64,000 bases of DNA. Origin: an uncultured Rivularia sp. GTDB taxonomy: Bacteria > Cyanobacteriota > Cyanobacteriia > Cyanobacteriales > Nostocaceae. Position 1 is the first letter of the stretch; every line of letters begins with the position of its first letter. The stretch spans positions 3,584,001 through 3,648,000 of the forward strand of contig OY762007.1 of NCBI GenBank assembly GCA_963665115.1, written 5' to 3'. A model generated the notes under the pieces. That model saw only the letters and a list, made by a program, of their open reading frames with translations. It had not been told where the DNA came from and searched no databases. The translations under genes were made by a program, and so were the position numbers. Shown piece after piece: positions 1 to 11,339 of the stretch.

Positions 1-93
1 TTTTAATTAACGTAACGATAAATACCTTCTTAATGATATGATTGTTTGCGGCAATCATTTGTAAACTATTTGACTCAAGAGAGAAAAGCCTGC

Positions 94-918
94 ATGACAC
101 CACAAGCTATTGCAAATCCTCCACAGCAAGATTTTGCTACTAATTCTAATAAATCATTATCTGTTGTAATTGAAGGGGAAAAAGCTACATCTGTTAATCA
201 ACTTCCTCAATCTTGGCAAGATATTTTTACGGGTAAATCTAATACGAAACTTTCTAACGCTGAAGATTATGTGAAAATGGCGCAGCTATTTCTTCACAAG
301 ATGTCTCGTGGTGATGTAGATTTATTCAATGAATCGGAACATTTACAGCACTTAAAGCCTGCTTTTTGTGAAATCTTTGGTAGTTTAGCTTGGCAAGCTC
401 TTGAGTTTTACGGCAAAGATTTTGATGTAGATAGATATCCTAATTTTGACTCAGTTGAAAAAGAACTTTCTCCAGAAGATGAAGAGTATACCGAGCGCAA
501 ACAAATTGTAGAAATTGGTAAAGCTTTGTTTGCAGAGTTTGGTTACGATTTACCAGCTTCTTTTTATCACGTACATTTAGCCCCGGCTTATAGAGAAGAA
601 GTTTCGGAAATTCGTCCCTTAAGATTTTCTGAAGAAGATAAAAATAATGCTCGTGCTTGGGATGCTTCTTTACACGGACAAAAAGTATTTCCGATTCAGT
701 TGATGGTACAAAGTATTTCTTCTAAACACGGGTTTTTTCAAGAACATGGTTGTGGTTGTAATCACGCTATGGCTAGAGTAGGTTCTACCGATACTTCTTT
801 TAATTATCAAATCCGTCCAGAAATGCGTAATACCTGGATTCGCGACTTTATTTGGACTGTTTGGTATGAGTATGCTTTCTTTAAGTTTACGCCAGTAACT
901 CGTTTTTTAGTTGATTAA
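94..918 (+). CDS. Hypothetical protein with an HGCGCNH Cys/His motif
   Basis: Long ORF (46-918); ATG at 94 is the likelier start; no family recognised. Confidence 0.75.
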   Translation: MTPQAIANPPQQDFATNSNKSLSVVIEGEKATSVNQLPQSWQDIFTGKSNTKLSNAEDYVKMAQLFLHKMSRGDVDLFNESEHLQHLKPAFCEIFGSLAWQALEFYGKDFDVDRYPNFDSVEKELSPEDEEYTERKQIVEIGKALFAEFGYDLPASFYHVHLAPAYREEVSEIRPLRFSEEDKNNARAWDASLHGQKVFPIQLMVQSISSKHGFFQEHGCGCNHAMARVGSTDTSFNYQIRPEMRNTWIRDFIWTVWYEYAFFKFTPVTRFLVD

Positions 919-1159
919 AAAGATACGTAGATATCTAATTTGGAATTGTTATTAGTTGGTTAAGATGTTTAAGCTTTCTTAACCGGCTTTTATCTTTGAA
1001 AAAAAGAATCAGGTTTAAGTTAAAGGGCTAAAGCCCTTACTACGAACGAACCTATTTTTTATCTATTTATTTAGTTAATTAACTGCTAATTCCATGCATT
1101 AATATTTTGAGATGTTATGATTTGTTGGAAATTAGTTTTCAAATGGTAGGAGTCTTAGT

Positions 1160-1420
1160 ATGGGTAATCCGTCACCACCAAGTTATCCGAGTAAACCGAA
1201 AATGCTGCAAAGTCTGTTTTCGGAAGCATATAAAACCGCGAAACAGGGATTATGTGGAGATAGAGTTCTCGCTGAAGATAGTAAAGTAAAAAAAAGATTA
1301 GAAATTTGTGCCAATTGTGAAAAATATGATGCTGAAGCCAAGCGTTGTACTTTATGCGGATGTTTTATGTTGGTAAAGGCAAATATTGAAACTTCCGAAT
1401 GTCCGGATGGTAAGTGGTAG
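1160..1420 (+). CDS. Small Cys-rich, probably Zn-binding protein (DUF6171-like)
   Basis: RLEICANC...CTLCGCFM..K......CPDGKW pattern; GGAG RBS-like sequence upstream of the ATG. Confidence 0.75.
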   Translation: MGNPSPPSYPSKPKMLQSLFSEAYKTAKQGLCGDRVLAEDSKVKKRLEICANCEKYDAEAKRCTLCGCFMLVKANIETSECPDGKW

Positions 1421-1444
1421 GCTCGTATTATTGGCGATAATTTT

Positions 1445-1912
1445 ATGGTTGTTAAATCTCTCGTTGAGTATCCCAATCCTTTGTTAAGAGAAGTATCAAC
1501 TAAAGTTGATGTTTTTGATTCAGATTTGCAAGTTTTGGTTAAAGATTTAATTGATACAATGCTTGCTGAAGATTCGATGGGATTAGCTGCACCTCAGATT
1601 GGCAAGTTGAAACGAGTATTTGTTTTAAATCAGAAACGTGTTGCAGGTGACAAAAGTAAAAATTATCAATCTGAAGATATATTGTGTATTGTTAATCCTG
1701 AAATAGAATTGCAAGAGAATTTAATTGATTCAAGTGAAGGATGTTTGAGCTTTCCAGGAAGAAGAGAAACTGTAAAACGTTTTAATAAAATAAGCATAAA
1801 AGCTTTTGATCGAGAAAATCAAGCTTTTACTCTTGCTGGTGACGGGATGTTATCGATTCTTATTCAGCATGAAATCGATCATTTGAATGGGATTCTTTTT
1901 ATTGATAATTGA
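1445..1912 (+). CDS. def: Peptide deformylase, C-terminally short
   Basis: All three PDF motifs: GLAAPQIG, EGCLSFP, QHEIDHLNG. Confidence 0.93.
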   Translation: MVVKSLVEYPNPLLREVSTKVDVFDSDLQVLVKDLIDTMLAEDSMGLAAPQIGKLKRVFVLNQKRVAGDKSKNYQSEDILCIVNPEIELQENLIDSSEGCLSFPGRRETVKRFNKISIKAFDRENQAFTLAGDGMLSILIQHEIDHLNGILFIDN

Positions 1913-1929
1913 TAATTGATAATTGATAA

Positions 1930-2730
1930 TTACTTAATTAATTGGTCGTTTTTGTTGAAAAACTGATGGGAAAGGGCTTTAGTCAGCAATATTGTTGTTA
2001 ATAGGTTGCTAAGTGCCACCATAAACATAAGTAGAATTTGATAGGATGCTGCTTCTGATGCGGTTTGGAAGGGATTTTTGTCGTAATCAACACCGCTTAT
2101 TATTAATCCACTCATAAATCCGGGTATTGTTATCATTCCGATTATCATCATTTGATTGATGGTGGGAATTAAGCCAGCACGGATGGAATCTTTTTTATAC
2201 TGCTGAATTGCTTGTTGCGGAGTTGCACCCAAACTCAGGTGAGTTTCTATTTCTGTATGACTTGCATTGATTGTGCTAACAAAACGTTCTCCTGCGATCG
2301 CGGCGGCGTTCATGGCACTACCTAATACAAATCCGGCTAGGGGAATTACGTATTGTGCCTGGAATAATCTATCGGGTTGAATTATCAGAAAATTTGCATA
2401 AATCAAGGTGAATGCCGTACTCAAAAACATTGAAACCCACACCAAAGGAAAAATTCCGGGCATTTTCTGAGTAATCCGATTTTTGGCGACAATCGCTGCA
2501 AGAGTTAGCATTACTGCTAAAATCGCTAAAACTGCCCAAAAATTATCTAAAGCGAGAATGAAGTCTAAAATATATCCCAACACCACCAACTGTAAGATTG
2601 TTCTGACGGTGGCGAGAGCTAAATTTAATTCCAGTCCGATTTTCTGCCAAAAAGATAAACCGATGGCTATAACCATTAATCCCGAAGCAATACCCAAGTC
2701 TAAGAAATCTAGTTCTATCAGTTCTGACAT
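1930..2730 (-). CDS. fetB: FetB/YbbM (UPF0014) ABC transporter permease
   Basis: Multi-TM protein with RTILQLVVLGY, ETHLSLGAT and IPGFMSGLII motifs. Confidence 0.82.
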   Translation of the reverse strand: MSELIELDFLDLGIASGLMVIAIGLSFWQKIGLELNLALATVRTILQLVVLGYILDFILALDNFWAVLAILAVMLTLAAIVAKNRITQKMPGIFPLVWVSMFLSTAFTLIYANFLIIQPDRLFQAQYVIPLAGFVLGSAMNAAAIAGERFVSTINASHTEIETHLSLGATPQQAIQQYKKDSIRAGLIPTINQMMIIGMITIPGFMSGLIISGVDYDKNPFQTASEAASYQILLMFMVALSNLLTTILLTKALSHQFFNKNDQLIK

Positions 2731-3278
2731 CTGAATTTTTGATTAAAATTACTATTTATTTTGCTACTAATACCATTTCTTTATAAAGATGCGCTTAATT
2801 TAGCCCACGCAGGTGGGCTTTGTTCGAGTAGCCCTACTCTTCCAGAGTGAGGGCGATTTAGCGCAGCCTCATACAAAATTGCGACTAAGCTGTTACGCAC
2901 TTAATTTGTATAGTACTAGCGGGCTGTTCGGCCAGCACTACAATAATTCCAAATTTTTTTTAAATACAACTTAGCTGCACATCAGCTTATCTATAGACTT
3001 TTAGACTCTACTAAGCAGAAGTAAATTAAGACAGGCTGCTACTTGACGAAATTAAAATCTAAGTATTTTTTCTCGGATTAAGCCAGTTACCTGGCGTATC
3101 AATATACGAAGTCAAACATTTTAGACAATAGCAAAACCTAGATGTTATATTGCCGATAATTAAGTGAAACTCTTGTTAATTGAGTATTATGGGCGACAGT
3201 CCTAAGCGGCAAATACGATTAAAAATTTAACAAGTCCCGAAGGCACTATCATCTACATTCATATAACAAAAAAAGCTC

Positions 3279-4403
3279 ATGATACAAAGTGTAAGTTCTA
3301 TTCCTGCTTTTGATAATAAACAGCAATATTCTACTATCGCCACAGAGGTGAGTGAAGCTGTTTTAGAAGTTCTATCTTCGGGACGTTATATTGGTGGCCC
3401 TTTAGTGGAACAGTTGGAGCAAAAGCTTGCTGCTTATACAAATGTCAATGAATGCGTAGCTTGTAATTCAGGTACGGATGCACTTTACTTAGCTTTAAGA
3501 GCCTACGATATTGGTGGGGGAGATGAGGTAATTACGACACCTTTTACTTTCGTGGCTACCTGTGAAACGATCAGCGCAGTAGGTGCAAAGCCGGTATTCG
3601 TCGATATTGATGCTTCTACTTACAATTTGGATTTGCAGCAAGTTGCAGCAGCCATAACACCTAATACCAAAGCTATTATTCCAGTTCATTTATTTGGACA
3701 ACCCGTTAACATGACAGCGTTGATGGAATTAGCTTCAGCCAAAAATTTAATAGTAATAGAAGATTGCGCTCAGTCTACAGGAGCGGTTTGGGATAAACAA
3801 AAAGTAGGAAGCATCGGAGATATTGGTTGCTTCAGCTTTTACCCCACCAAGAATTTAGGTGGATGTGGCGATGGTGGTGCAATTACCATCAATGATGCAG
3901 AAATTGCTCAAAAAATCCGAGTATTAAAAGATCACGGGCAGAAAACTAAATATCACTACGAAGAAATTGGTGTAAATAGCAGATTAGATTCGATTCAAGC
4001 AGCTATCTTGCTAATTAAATTACGTTATTTAGATTCTTGGAATACTTTAAGACAGAAAATAGCCGCTCGCTATCACCAATCACTCAAGCACATTCCCAGC
4101 ATTATGGTTCCTCAACAATTATCTGGAGGAGCGGGAGTATGGAATCAATACACCATTAGCGTATTGGATGGGAAAAGAGATTTATTACAAAATCGCTTAA
4201 AAGAAATGGGTGTAAATACATCAATTTACTATCCTCGCCCCCTACATTTACAGCCAGTTTATCAAAGCTTGGGTTATCATCCCGGACAATTACCAGTAGC
4301 AGAGCAAGCTTGCAACCAAGTTTTATCTTTACCCATGTTCCCAGAGCTTAGTGAAGAACAGCAAGATCGGGTGGTTTATAGTATTAAAGAAATTATGGGT
4401 TAA
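3279..4403 (+). CDS. DegT/DnrJ/EryC1/StrS PLP aminotransferase
   Basis: NSGTDAL, IEDCAQS, SFYPTKNLGGCGDGG. Confidence 0.93.
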   Translation: MIQSVSSIPAFDNKQQYSTIATEVSEAVLEVLSSGRYIGGPLVEQLEQKLAAYTNVNECVACNSGTDALYLALRAYDIGGGDEVITTPFTFVATCETISAVGAKPVFVDIDASTYNLDLQQVAAAITPNTKAIIPVHLFGQPVNMTALMELASAKNLIVIEDCAQSTGAVWDKQKVGSIGDIGCFSFYPTKNLGGCGDGGAITINDAEIAQKIRVLKDHGQKTKYHYEEIGVNSRLDSIQAAILLIKLRYLDSWNTLRQKIAARYHQSLKHIPSIMVPQQLSGGAGVWNQYTISVLDGKRDLLQNRLKEMGVNTSIYYPRPLHLQPVYQSLGYHPGQLPVAEQACNQVLSLPMFPELSEEQQDRVVYSIKEIMG

Positions 4404-4408
4404 ACAAT

Positions 4409-4570
4409 GTAGAGACGTAGCATTGCTACGTCTCCCCGTGTTTTGAATTGTGACGAAAATTCCTAATTCCTAATTCCTAATTCCTAATTCTAAATTCTAA
4501 ATTCTAAATTATTAATTCCTAACTCCTAATTCCTAACTGAATAAAAGACGTAGCAATGCTACGTCTCTAC
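4409..4570. repeat. Two GAGACGTAGCAnTGCTACGTCTC palindromes flanking a (TAATTCC/TAAATTC)n heptamer tract
   Basis: Directly visible between convergent genes. Confidence 0.8.
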
Positions 4571-4575
4571 ACCTT

Positions 4576-5319
4576 TTAATTCCTAACTTTCTCTGCCGTT
4601 GTAATCGCTTCAACCAAACCGCGTACAGCAGCAATCATCGCTACTTCACTATTAAGCTGGTTAATTGCCGAACCTACTCCGACACCAGCAGCACCACTGG
4701 CGATCGCTAAGGGTGCGGTGACGTTGGAAATTCCGGAAGCGCAAAGTACGGGAACGGATACAGCGCGAGAGATTTCGTAAGCTGCTGCTAAGGTGGGAGA
4801 TGCTTTTTCGATTAATCCTAAAGTACCTGCATTTTGAGGTTTGCTGCTGGTACCGCCTTCGGTTTGAATAATATCTGCACCCGATGCTACTAATTCTTCT
4901 GCTAACTGTACCTGTTTGTCTAAAGTAAGGATATGGGGAACGGTAACAGAAAGGGTGATTCGGGGAAGTAAAGCGCGGGTTTGTTTTGTTAATGCTAAAA
5001 CTTCTTCGGCTTCAAATCTGATTCCTTGAGTGTAGAAACTATCAAAGTTACCTATTTCAATTAAATCGGCACCAGCTGCAACAGCTTTAAGAAACTTTTC
5101 GGGTTCTACTGCCGAAACACAAATCGGTAAATCGGTCAATTCTTTCGCCATTTTTACCAAATCGGCATCGGCAGCGATATCAAGAAAAGTTGCACCACCG
5201 TGATGTGCTGCTTTGACGGTTGCAGCAACGCGGTTGGTATCAAAATTGTTCAAGCCACTGATGACTTTAAGGACGCGGCGATCGGTAAATGCACGTTCTA
5301 ACGTAGAGTTCATAATCAT
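4576..5319 (-). CDS. ycf23: Ycf23/DUF561 family TIM-barrel protein
   Basis: LKVISGLNNFD, GADLIEIGNFD, DIIQTEGG; start at 5319 or 5313. Confidence 0.85.
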   Translation of the reverse strand: MIMNSTLERAFTDRRVLKVISGLNNFDTNRVAATVKAAHHGGATFLDIAADADLVKMAKELTDLPICVSAVEPEKFLKAVAAGADLIEIGNFDSFYTQGIRFEAEEVLALTKQTRALLPRITLSVTVPHILTLDKQVQLAEELVASGADIIQTEGGTSSKPQNAGTLGLIEKASPTLAAAYEISRAVSVPVLCASGISNVTAPLAIASGAAGVGVGSAINQLNSEVAMIAAVRGLVEAITTAEKVRN

Positions 5320-5416
5320 AAAAAAATGTGTGATGCTGGGCAAATATGAATTATTTTACCTTCACTGCGTTATTTTAGACCTAAAGAACAAATTTTCCTA
5401 TACCCAAATTTTAAAA

Positions 5417-6008
5417 TTATTCTTCTTGATTCGTAAAATCAACTTGTTCGTAAAGCTCGCTAAGTTGAATTTGCAAGTCAATTGTTTGCAGCGATAAAGT
5501 TTTTTCTTTTCCTTCTAATTCTGTTAATAACCATTTATTTTCGGCAGTTTTAACGTACTGCATAACATAATAGTTATACTGGTCTATTAAAATATATTCT
5601 TTAAATTCTGGAATCGAGCGATAATATAAAAATTTATCTCCTTGGTCATAATTCTTAGTAGATTTTGATAATACTTCAGCTATTAAAGAAGGATTCATCA
5701 CCGTGGTTGTATTAGTTCCTGTATAAACAGGTTCTCCCTCAATTAGCATTACCTATTTGATAAGTATGTTGACGATATCTTGGTATCCATAATCTCACAT
5801 CTGACATATAAACATCATATTTTTGACCTCTAAGGGTAATTTTTAATGATGCTGCAAGATTTAATGTAATTTTATTATGATTGGTGGTGCCACCTATAAT
5901 TGGGACAATTTCCCCGTCGCGATATTCGCCTCTAAATTCGGTATTTTCTTCAAGTTCTAAATATTGTTCGGGTGTATAAAAATTTTTTTTAATTTCTAAC
6001 TGCATCAC
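5417..6008 (-). pseudogene. Uma2 family endonuclease, frameshifted near 5750-5760
   Basis: N-half (YTPEQYLELE, EYRDGEI, NHNKI) and C-half (AEVLSKST, DKFLYYRSIPEFKEY) lie in different frames; the expected YPD codons are disrupted. Confidence 0.75.
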
Positions 6009-6072
6009 GGTACTATTTGTTTGTTATCTACTAAACTATTATGGCGTATGCGATTTTTCAAAGCAAAGGATA

Positions 6073-8364
6073 TCAAACCGGAATCTTAATGACAAATTTA
6101 GCGCCATTTCCCGGTGAAGAAATACATTCTAAAGTTCCCCCGTGTTTTTCTGTCACGATTTGATAACTAATTGATAATCCCAAACCAGTACCTTTGCCTT
6201 CTATCTTAGTAGTGAAGAAAGCATCAAATAACTTCGGTTTTGCTTGTAAAGGAATTCCCGTTCCATTATCTGCAATGATTACAATTGCCCAGTTATCATC
6301 GGCTGCGGTTGTAATTATAATTGTGTTGGGATTTTGCTCTATTTCTTCATATATTTTATCTTGATTTGATTCTTCTAAAGCATCGATAGCGTTAGAAATT
6401 AAATTCATAAATACTTGATTTATTTGACCGTAATAGCATTCAACTAAAGGTAAATCGGCGTAGTTTTTGACTATTTTTATTTCTGGACGTTCGGGTTTTG
6501 CTTTGAGACGATGAGATAAAATCATCAAGGTAGTATCGATACCTTCATGTAAGTTTACTGCTTTCTTTTCATCGGAGTTTGTACGCGAATAATTACGTAA
6601 TGAAAGCATAATATCCTTGATGCGATCTGTTCCTAACTTCATCGAAGAAATCATTTTAGGCAAATCTTCGAGTAAGTATTCTAAGTCAATCGCTTCAATT
6701 TCTTCTTCGATGACATCTCCAGGGGAAGGAAATTCTTTTCGATATAAATTTAGTAAGTAAATCAGGTCTTTTAAATATTCTTTTGCATGGGATAAATTAC
6801 CAGCAATGAAACCAACGGGATTGTTTACTTCATGTGCTACACCAGCAACCAATTGTCCGAGTTGGGAAATTTTTTCAGTTTGTATAAGTTGCGATTGAGT
6901 CGATTGTAATTTAATTAAAGTTTGCTCTAATTCTTGCGTGCGCTGTTTTAAAATGTTTTCAGTTTGTTTCCTTCGGCTAATATCTCGCACAATTGTCAAT
7001 GCATGAGGTTTGCCATTATAAATATAAGATGTGGCTTTGATCTCAATATCAAATAAAGTACCATTTTTCTGAATACAAGTAGCTTGGCAATAAAATTCTT
7101 TACCAGCTTGCACGGTTGAAAGAAACTCGCTAAATAAATGAAGAGAGTTAGCATGAATATAATCAGAGGAACTTAAATTCATGAATTCTTCACTGGAATA
7201 ACCATACATCTGACACAATGTCGGATTTACAGCAATAGGTTTACCAGTTTCTAAATCAAATATCGATAGTCCATCATTTACAGTTTCAAAAATGCTGCGG
7301 TATTGTTCTTCTTTTTGCTGTAAAGCTTTTTCTATGCTTTTACGTTTAATCGCAACAGCAATTTCTCCCGCAATGAAACTTAATACATTAAGGGCACTTT
7401 GATTTAATGGCTGTTTAGAAAACATTGCGACTACACCCATAAGTTCCGAATCAGCAATCAAAGGATATCCAGCAAAAGCTACCATTCCTTCACGAATAGC
7501 CCATTCTTTATTGCTTACTCTTTCATCGGTTTGAACAGTATTAGTAATATGAGGTTTACGCTCTTGAGCTATTAAGCCAATTTTGAATTTACCTACAGGA
7601 ATGCTGCCGTGTGCGCCATCAATATGCGTATAGATTCCAGCACTGGATTCTAAATGTAATAATTTTTCTTGGGGATTATGAGTCCAAATTCTTGCAAATT
7701 CTACATTTAAGTAAGACGTTATTATTTCCGTGCATTTTTGCAGCATTTCTTGCAAATTTCTGGTTTTAGCTAGGGTTGAATCAATTTCACTTCTAAACTT
7801 AAGAATTCGTGATTTTTCTTCTTCGCTAGCAAATAAACGAGCATTTCTAATTGCAATAGCAACTTGAGAAGCAAGTATTTTGATAATTTCTAATTTGAAC
7901 AGCGTAAATGCGTTTGTTTTTAGATTATTCTCTAAATAAACAATACCGATAAATTTGTGTTTAAAATTAACTGGAATGCATACAATAGATTTACACTTAT
8001 GTTGCTTAATGTAAATATCATCATTGTAAATGGAATCTATTGCATTCGGAATTATGAGACTTTCTTGAAAATTGATAACATAGTTAATGATTTCTTGCGG
8101 TATATTAGAACACTCAGCTACTGGAATTGATTTGACTATTTCATTTTTCTCTTCGCTATTCTCAATCGCTTCTACAATCGCCTCTACAAAAAAAAATTTC
8201 TTCTTTTTCAGAATTAAACAACCTTTTTGAGCGCCAGCATTTTCTACAATAATATTTAGCACCCTGCAAGGTAAATTTTCTATATTAATTTCGCTTTGTA
8301 TCGCTTCTGAAGCTTTTACGACTGTAGTTAAGTCAAAAAGTTGACTAGCGCTGTAGGAAAGCAT
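6073..8364 (-). CDS. GAF-GAF-PAS sensor histidine kinase
   Basis: AHEVNNP H-box, QVFMNLISNA N-box, DNGTG and GTGLGL boxes; GAF and PAS segments upstream. Confidence 0.92.
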   Translation of the reverse strand: MLSYSASQLFDLTTVVKASEAIQSEINIENLPCRVLNIIVENAGAQKGCLILKKKKFFFVEAIVEAIENSEEKNEIVKSIPVAECSNIPQEIINYVINFQESLIIPNAIDSIYNDDIYIKQHKCKSIVCIPVNFKHKFIGIVYLENNLKTNAFTLFKLEIIKILASQVAIAIRNARLFASEEEKSRILKFRSEIDSTLAKTRNLQEMLQKCTEIITSYLNVEFARIWTHNPQEKLLHLESSAGIYTHIDGAHGSIPVGKFKIGLIAQERKPHITNTVQTDERVSNKEWAIREGMVAFAGYPLIADSELMGVVAMFSKQPLNQSALNVLSFIAGEIAVAIKRKSIEKALQQKEEQYRSIFETVNDGLSIFDLETGKPIAVNPTLCQMYGYSSEEFMNLSSSDYIHANSLHLFSEFLSTVQAGKEFYCQATCIQKNGTLFDIEIKATSYIYNGKPHALTIVRDISRRKQTENILKQRTQELEQTLIKLQSTQSQLIQTEKISQLGQLVAGVAHEVNNPVGFIAGNLSHAKEYLKDLIYLLNLYRKEFPSPGDVIEEEIEAIDLEYLLEDLPKMISSMKLGTDRIKDIMLSLRNYSRTNSDEKKAVNLHEGIDTTLMILSHRLKAKPERPEIKIVKNYADLPLVECYYGQINQVFMNLISNAIDALEESNQDKIYEEIEQNPNTIIITTAADDNWAIVIIADNGTGIPLQAKPKLFDAFFTTKIEGKGTGLGLSISYQIVTEKHGGTLECISSPGNGAKFVIKIPV

Positions 8365-8526
8365 CGATCCACCCCTTCAAATAGTATTGCCCATTATTTA
8401 TAGTTCCCAGAATCAAAGCAGGAATCGACATCATTTTATTTAGATCGGTATTTTCAGTAATGTTTAAATACTTATAAATTCGATGATAATCTAAAATATC
8501 GAATTAATAATTTTAATAACATTCTT

Positions 8527-8740
8527 AGATCTTACGCAGTGAAACCAAAAATTAAGGTTTTAGGCTATAAGGAAAAGGGAACGGGGAACTCAACTCTTAC
8601 AGCAGATTTCATTTAAGTGAGGTACACATCGTTTCTAGAGGAAGTAGTGAGTAGGGAGTAGGGAGTAGGGAAATGTACCTCATATACCTGCAAAGTGCTG
8701 TAACTACAGCGATTTTAAATATCTAAGTGCGGCGATTCCT
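8527..8740. mobile_element. MITE with a second MITE (TACAGC...GCTGTA) nested inside
   Basis: Outer parts match the reverse complement of 11808-11912; inner ~8598-8702 has its own inverted ends. Confidence 0.6.
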
Positions 8741-8912
8741 AATTTTGATACAACTTTTTCTCTCAGAAGTGCCAGCTATTTGTTATTAGGCGATGAGTCG
8801 CGCTTAACAGCGTTCGCCTAATAGCGCGGTTCATTGCCACTTGTCCTATAGTTGCCTGTAGACTCGTATCATAAAAATAGATATAAAGTGTGATTTAGGA
8901 TTACGGCATAAT

Positions 8913-9767
8913 ATGGGCAGTGTTTGGGAATTAGATTACTACTCGCGTCCGATTTTGGATGAGAATAAGAAGAAAGTTTGGGAAGTCTTGATTTGTGAAA
9001 CTCATAAAGATATAAGCAGCAAGACTGATTCCTTGTTTCGCTATGCTAAATACTGCTCCAGCGCAACGGTAAACTCTGTATGGTTGCAAACGGCTTTGCA
9101 GGAAGCCATAGATAAAGCAGGAGAAACACCAGTCAAAATCCGCTTTTTCCGCCGTCAAATGAACAATATGATTACCAAAGCTTGCGAAGATATTGGTATT
9201 CCAGCGCAAGCGAGCCGTCGGACATTAGTGCTTAATCAATGGCTGGAACAGCGGATGGAAGAAGTTTATCCCCAAGAAGCTGGTTTTCAAGAAGGTTCAA
9301 GTCCCTCGGTACGATTGGATTCTCCTTTACCTCAGCGCTTACCCGATGCTTTAGAAGGAGAGCAATTACAATTTGTGACCTTGAGAGGTGCGGATTTTGC
9401 TGATATGCCAGAGTGGAATATTGATTTTGGTGAAGCTTTTCCCCTGGATTTAGTAGGAATTTCTGCTGAAACTAAGATACCTGGAGTTTTGATTTTTTCA
9501 AATCGAGCATTACCCATAGCTGCTTGGATGTCGGGTTTAGAATTAGCTTGGTTAAAGTTTGATACTTCCAAACAAGCAAGATTACTTCTAGAAACAGGTG
9601 CAACTGAAAGTTGGATTTTAGCAAATATCAAAAATCCTCAAATGCAAACAGAAGCAAAAAATTTTGAACAAGCCAAACAACAAGCTAACGGTGTTCATTT
9701 TATTGGAGTACAGTCAGATTCTAATTCGGAATCCTTTGCTGGGTTTTGGTTGCTAAGAGAGATTTGA
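8913..9767 (+). CDS. Tab2/Atab2 family RNA-binding protein
   Basis: WELDYYSRP...WEVLIC start and HFIGVQ...FAGFWLL end. Confidence 0.9.
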   Translation: MGSVWELDYYSRPILDENKKKVWEVLICETHKDISSKTDSLFRYAKYCSSATVNSVWLQTALQEAIDKAGETPVKIRFFRRQMNNMITKACEDIGIPAQASRRTLVLNQWLEQRMEEVYPQEAGFQEGSSPSVRLDSPLPQRLPDALEGEQLQFVTLRGADFADMPEWNIDFGEAFPLDLVGISAETKIPGVLIFSNRALPIAAWMSGLELAWLKFDTSKQARLLLETGATESWILANIKNPQMQTEAKNFEQAKQQANGVHFIGVQSDSNSESFAGFWLLREI

Positions 9768-9775
9768 GAAAATTG

Positions 9776-9940
9776 GGGGAGGGGAGAGGGGGGAGAGGGG
9801 GAAGAGGGGGAAGAGGGGGAAGAGGGGGAAGAGGGGGGAGAGGGGGAGAAATTAGTTCCTAACTCGCTACTTGCTACTTGCTACTCGCTACTCGCTACTT
9901 GCTACTCCTAACTCCCAACTCTCAACTCCTAATTCCTAAC
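9776..9940. repeat. Purine-rich nonamer (GAGGGGGAA-like) tract followed by heptamer repeats
   Basis: Visible tandem repeats. Confidence 0.8.
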
Positions 9941-10038
9941 TGATCGCTGTTCACTGGTGACTGTTCACTGATATCCTTATTTCCTGTTGGCTAATAACTT
10001 AGCAACTAATCACTAACCACTAACCACTATCAACCGAA

Positions 10039-11339
10039 ATGACTAATGATTTAGCGGAGCAACTGTTGGAAGTCGCTATGAAGGCTGGTGCGACTGAAGC
10101 AGAGGTTTATCAATCGCGATCGCTTTCTAAGCCGGTGTTTTTTGAAGCAAATCGTCTTAAACAACTTGAAAGCAATCAGAGTACGGGAACTGCATTACGG
10201 TTATGGTATCAAGGTCGTCCGGGACTTACTGTAGCAAATGGGGCCCTGCGGAAGCTGGGACAATGGTTGAACGGGCTATTGCTTTGAGTCAGTTAAATCA
10301 GCCCGAAGAAGCTAAATTAACTGGGTTATCTCAACTTGTTTATCCGAATTTGGGTGAAGATGTACCACCACAAAAGTTGGTGGAGTGGGGCAAGCAAACT
10401 ATCGCTTTGATTCGCGATGTCTACCCCGATGCGATTTGTAATGGTGATTGGGAATGCGATGTTGAAACTACTCGATTGGTGAATACGAAAGGCTTGGATT
10501 CTCACTATACCGATACTACCCTTAGCTGTTATACTTCCGCAGAATGGGTACGGGGTGATGATTTTCTGAGCGTTGCTGACGGACAAACCGAAAGGGGAAA
10601 ACTCAATCCAGATACATTAGCTCAGCAAATTTTACAGCGCTTGCATTGGGCACAATCAAATGTAGAAGCACCATCAAATAAAATTCCGGTTTTGTTCACT
10701 TCTAAAGCTGCTGATATGCTTTGGGGTACTTTGCAAGCTGCACTCAACGGTAAACGGGTGTTGGAAGGATCTTCCCCTTGGGCAGAACGTATTGATAAAC
10801 CAGTGATTTCACCCGAACTTACACTTTATCAAGATCCTACCGCAGGGCCTTACAGTTGTCCCTTCGATGATGAAGGTACGCCCACCACAGATTTAGTTTT
10901 TATTGAAGACGGAATATTGCAAAATTTTTATTGCGATCGCGCTACGGGAAATCAGTTGGGAATGAATACTACGGGTAATGGTTTTCGCCCTAGTTTAAGT
11001 AGTTATCCGACTCCTGGCTTATTTAATTTTTTGATTAAACCAGGAAGTGGCAGCTTGCAAGAATTGATCGAAGGAATGAATGACGGTTTGATTGTAGACC
11101 AGATGCTCGGCGGGGGTGGAGAAATTTCTGGCGATTTTTCTATCAACATCGATTTGGGCTATCGCGTCCAAAATGGTCAAGTTACCGGACGCATCAAAGA
11201 TACTATGGTATCGGGCAATATTTATACCGCACTAAAACAGTTAATTAAACTTGGTGGTGATGCTGATTGGAATGGCTCTTGCTATACTCCGTCTTTGATA
11301 GTTGATGGATTATCTAGTACTGGGAAAAGTAGTTCGTAG
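10039..11339 (+). CDS. PmbA/TldE family protein, one frameshift at ~10240 (probable sequencing error)
   Basis: AEVYQSRS...FEANRLKQ in the first frame; PFDDEG and SGDFS in the second. Confidence 0.8.

Noticed and set aside
10203..10290. Programmed ribosomal frameshift in pmbA
   Set aside because: No canonical slippery heptamer; similar breaks in unrelated genes point to sequence error
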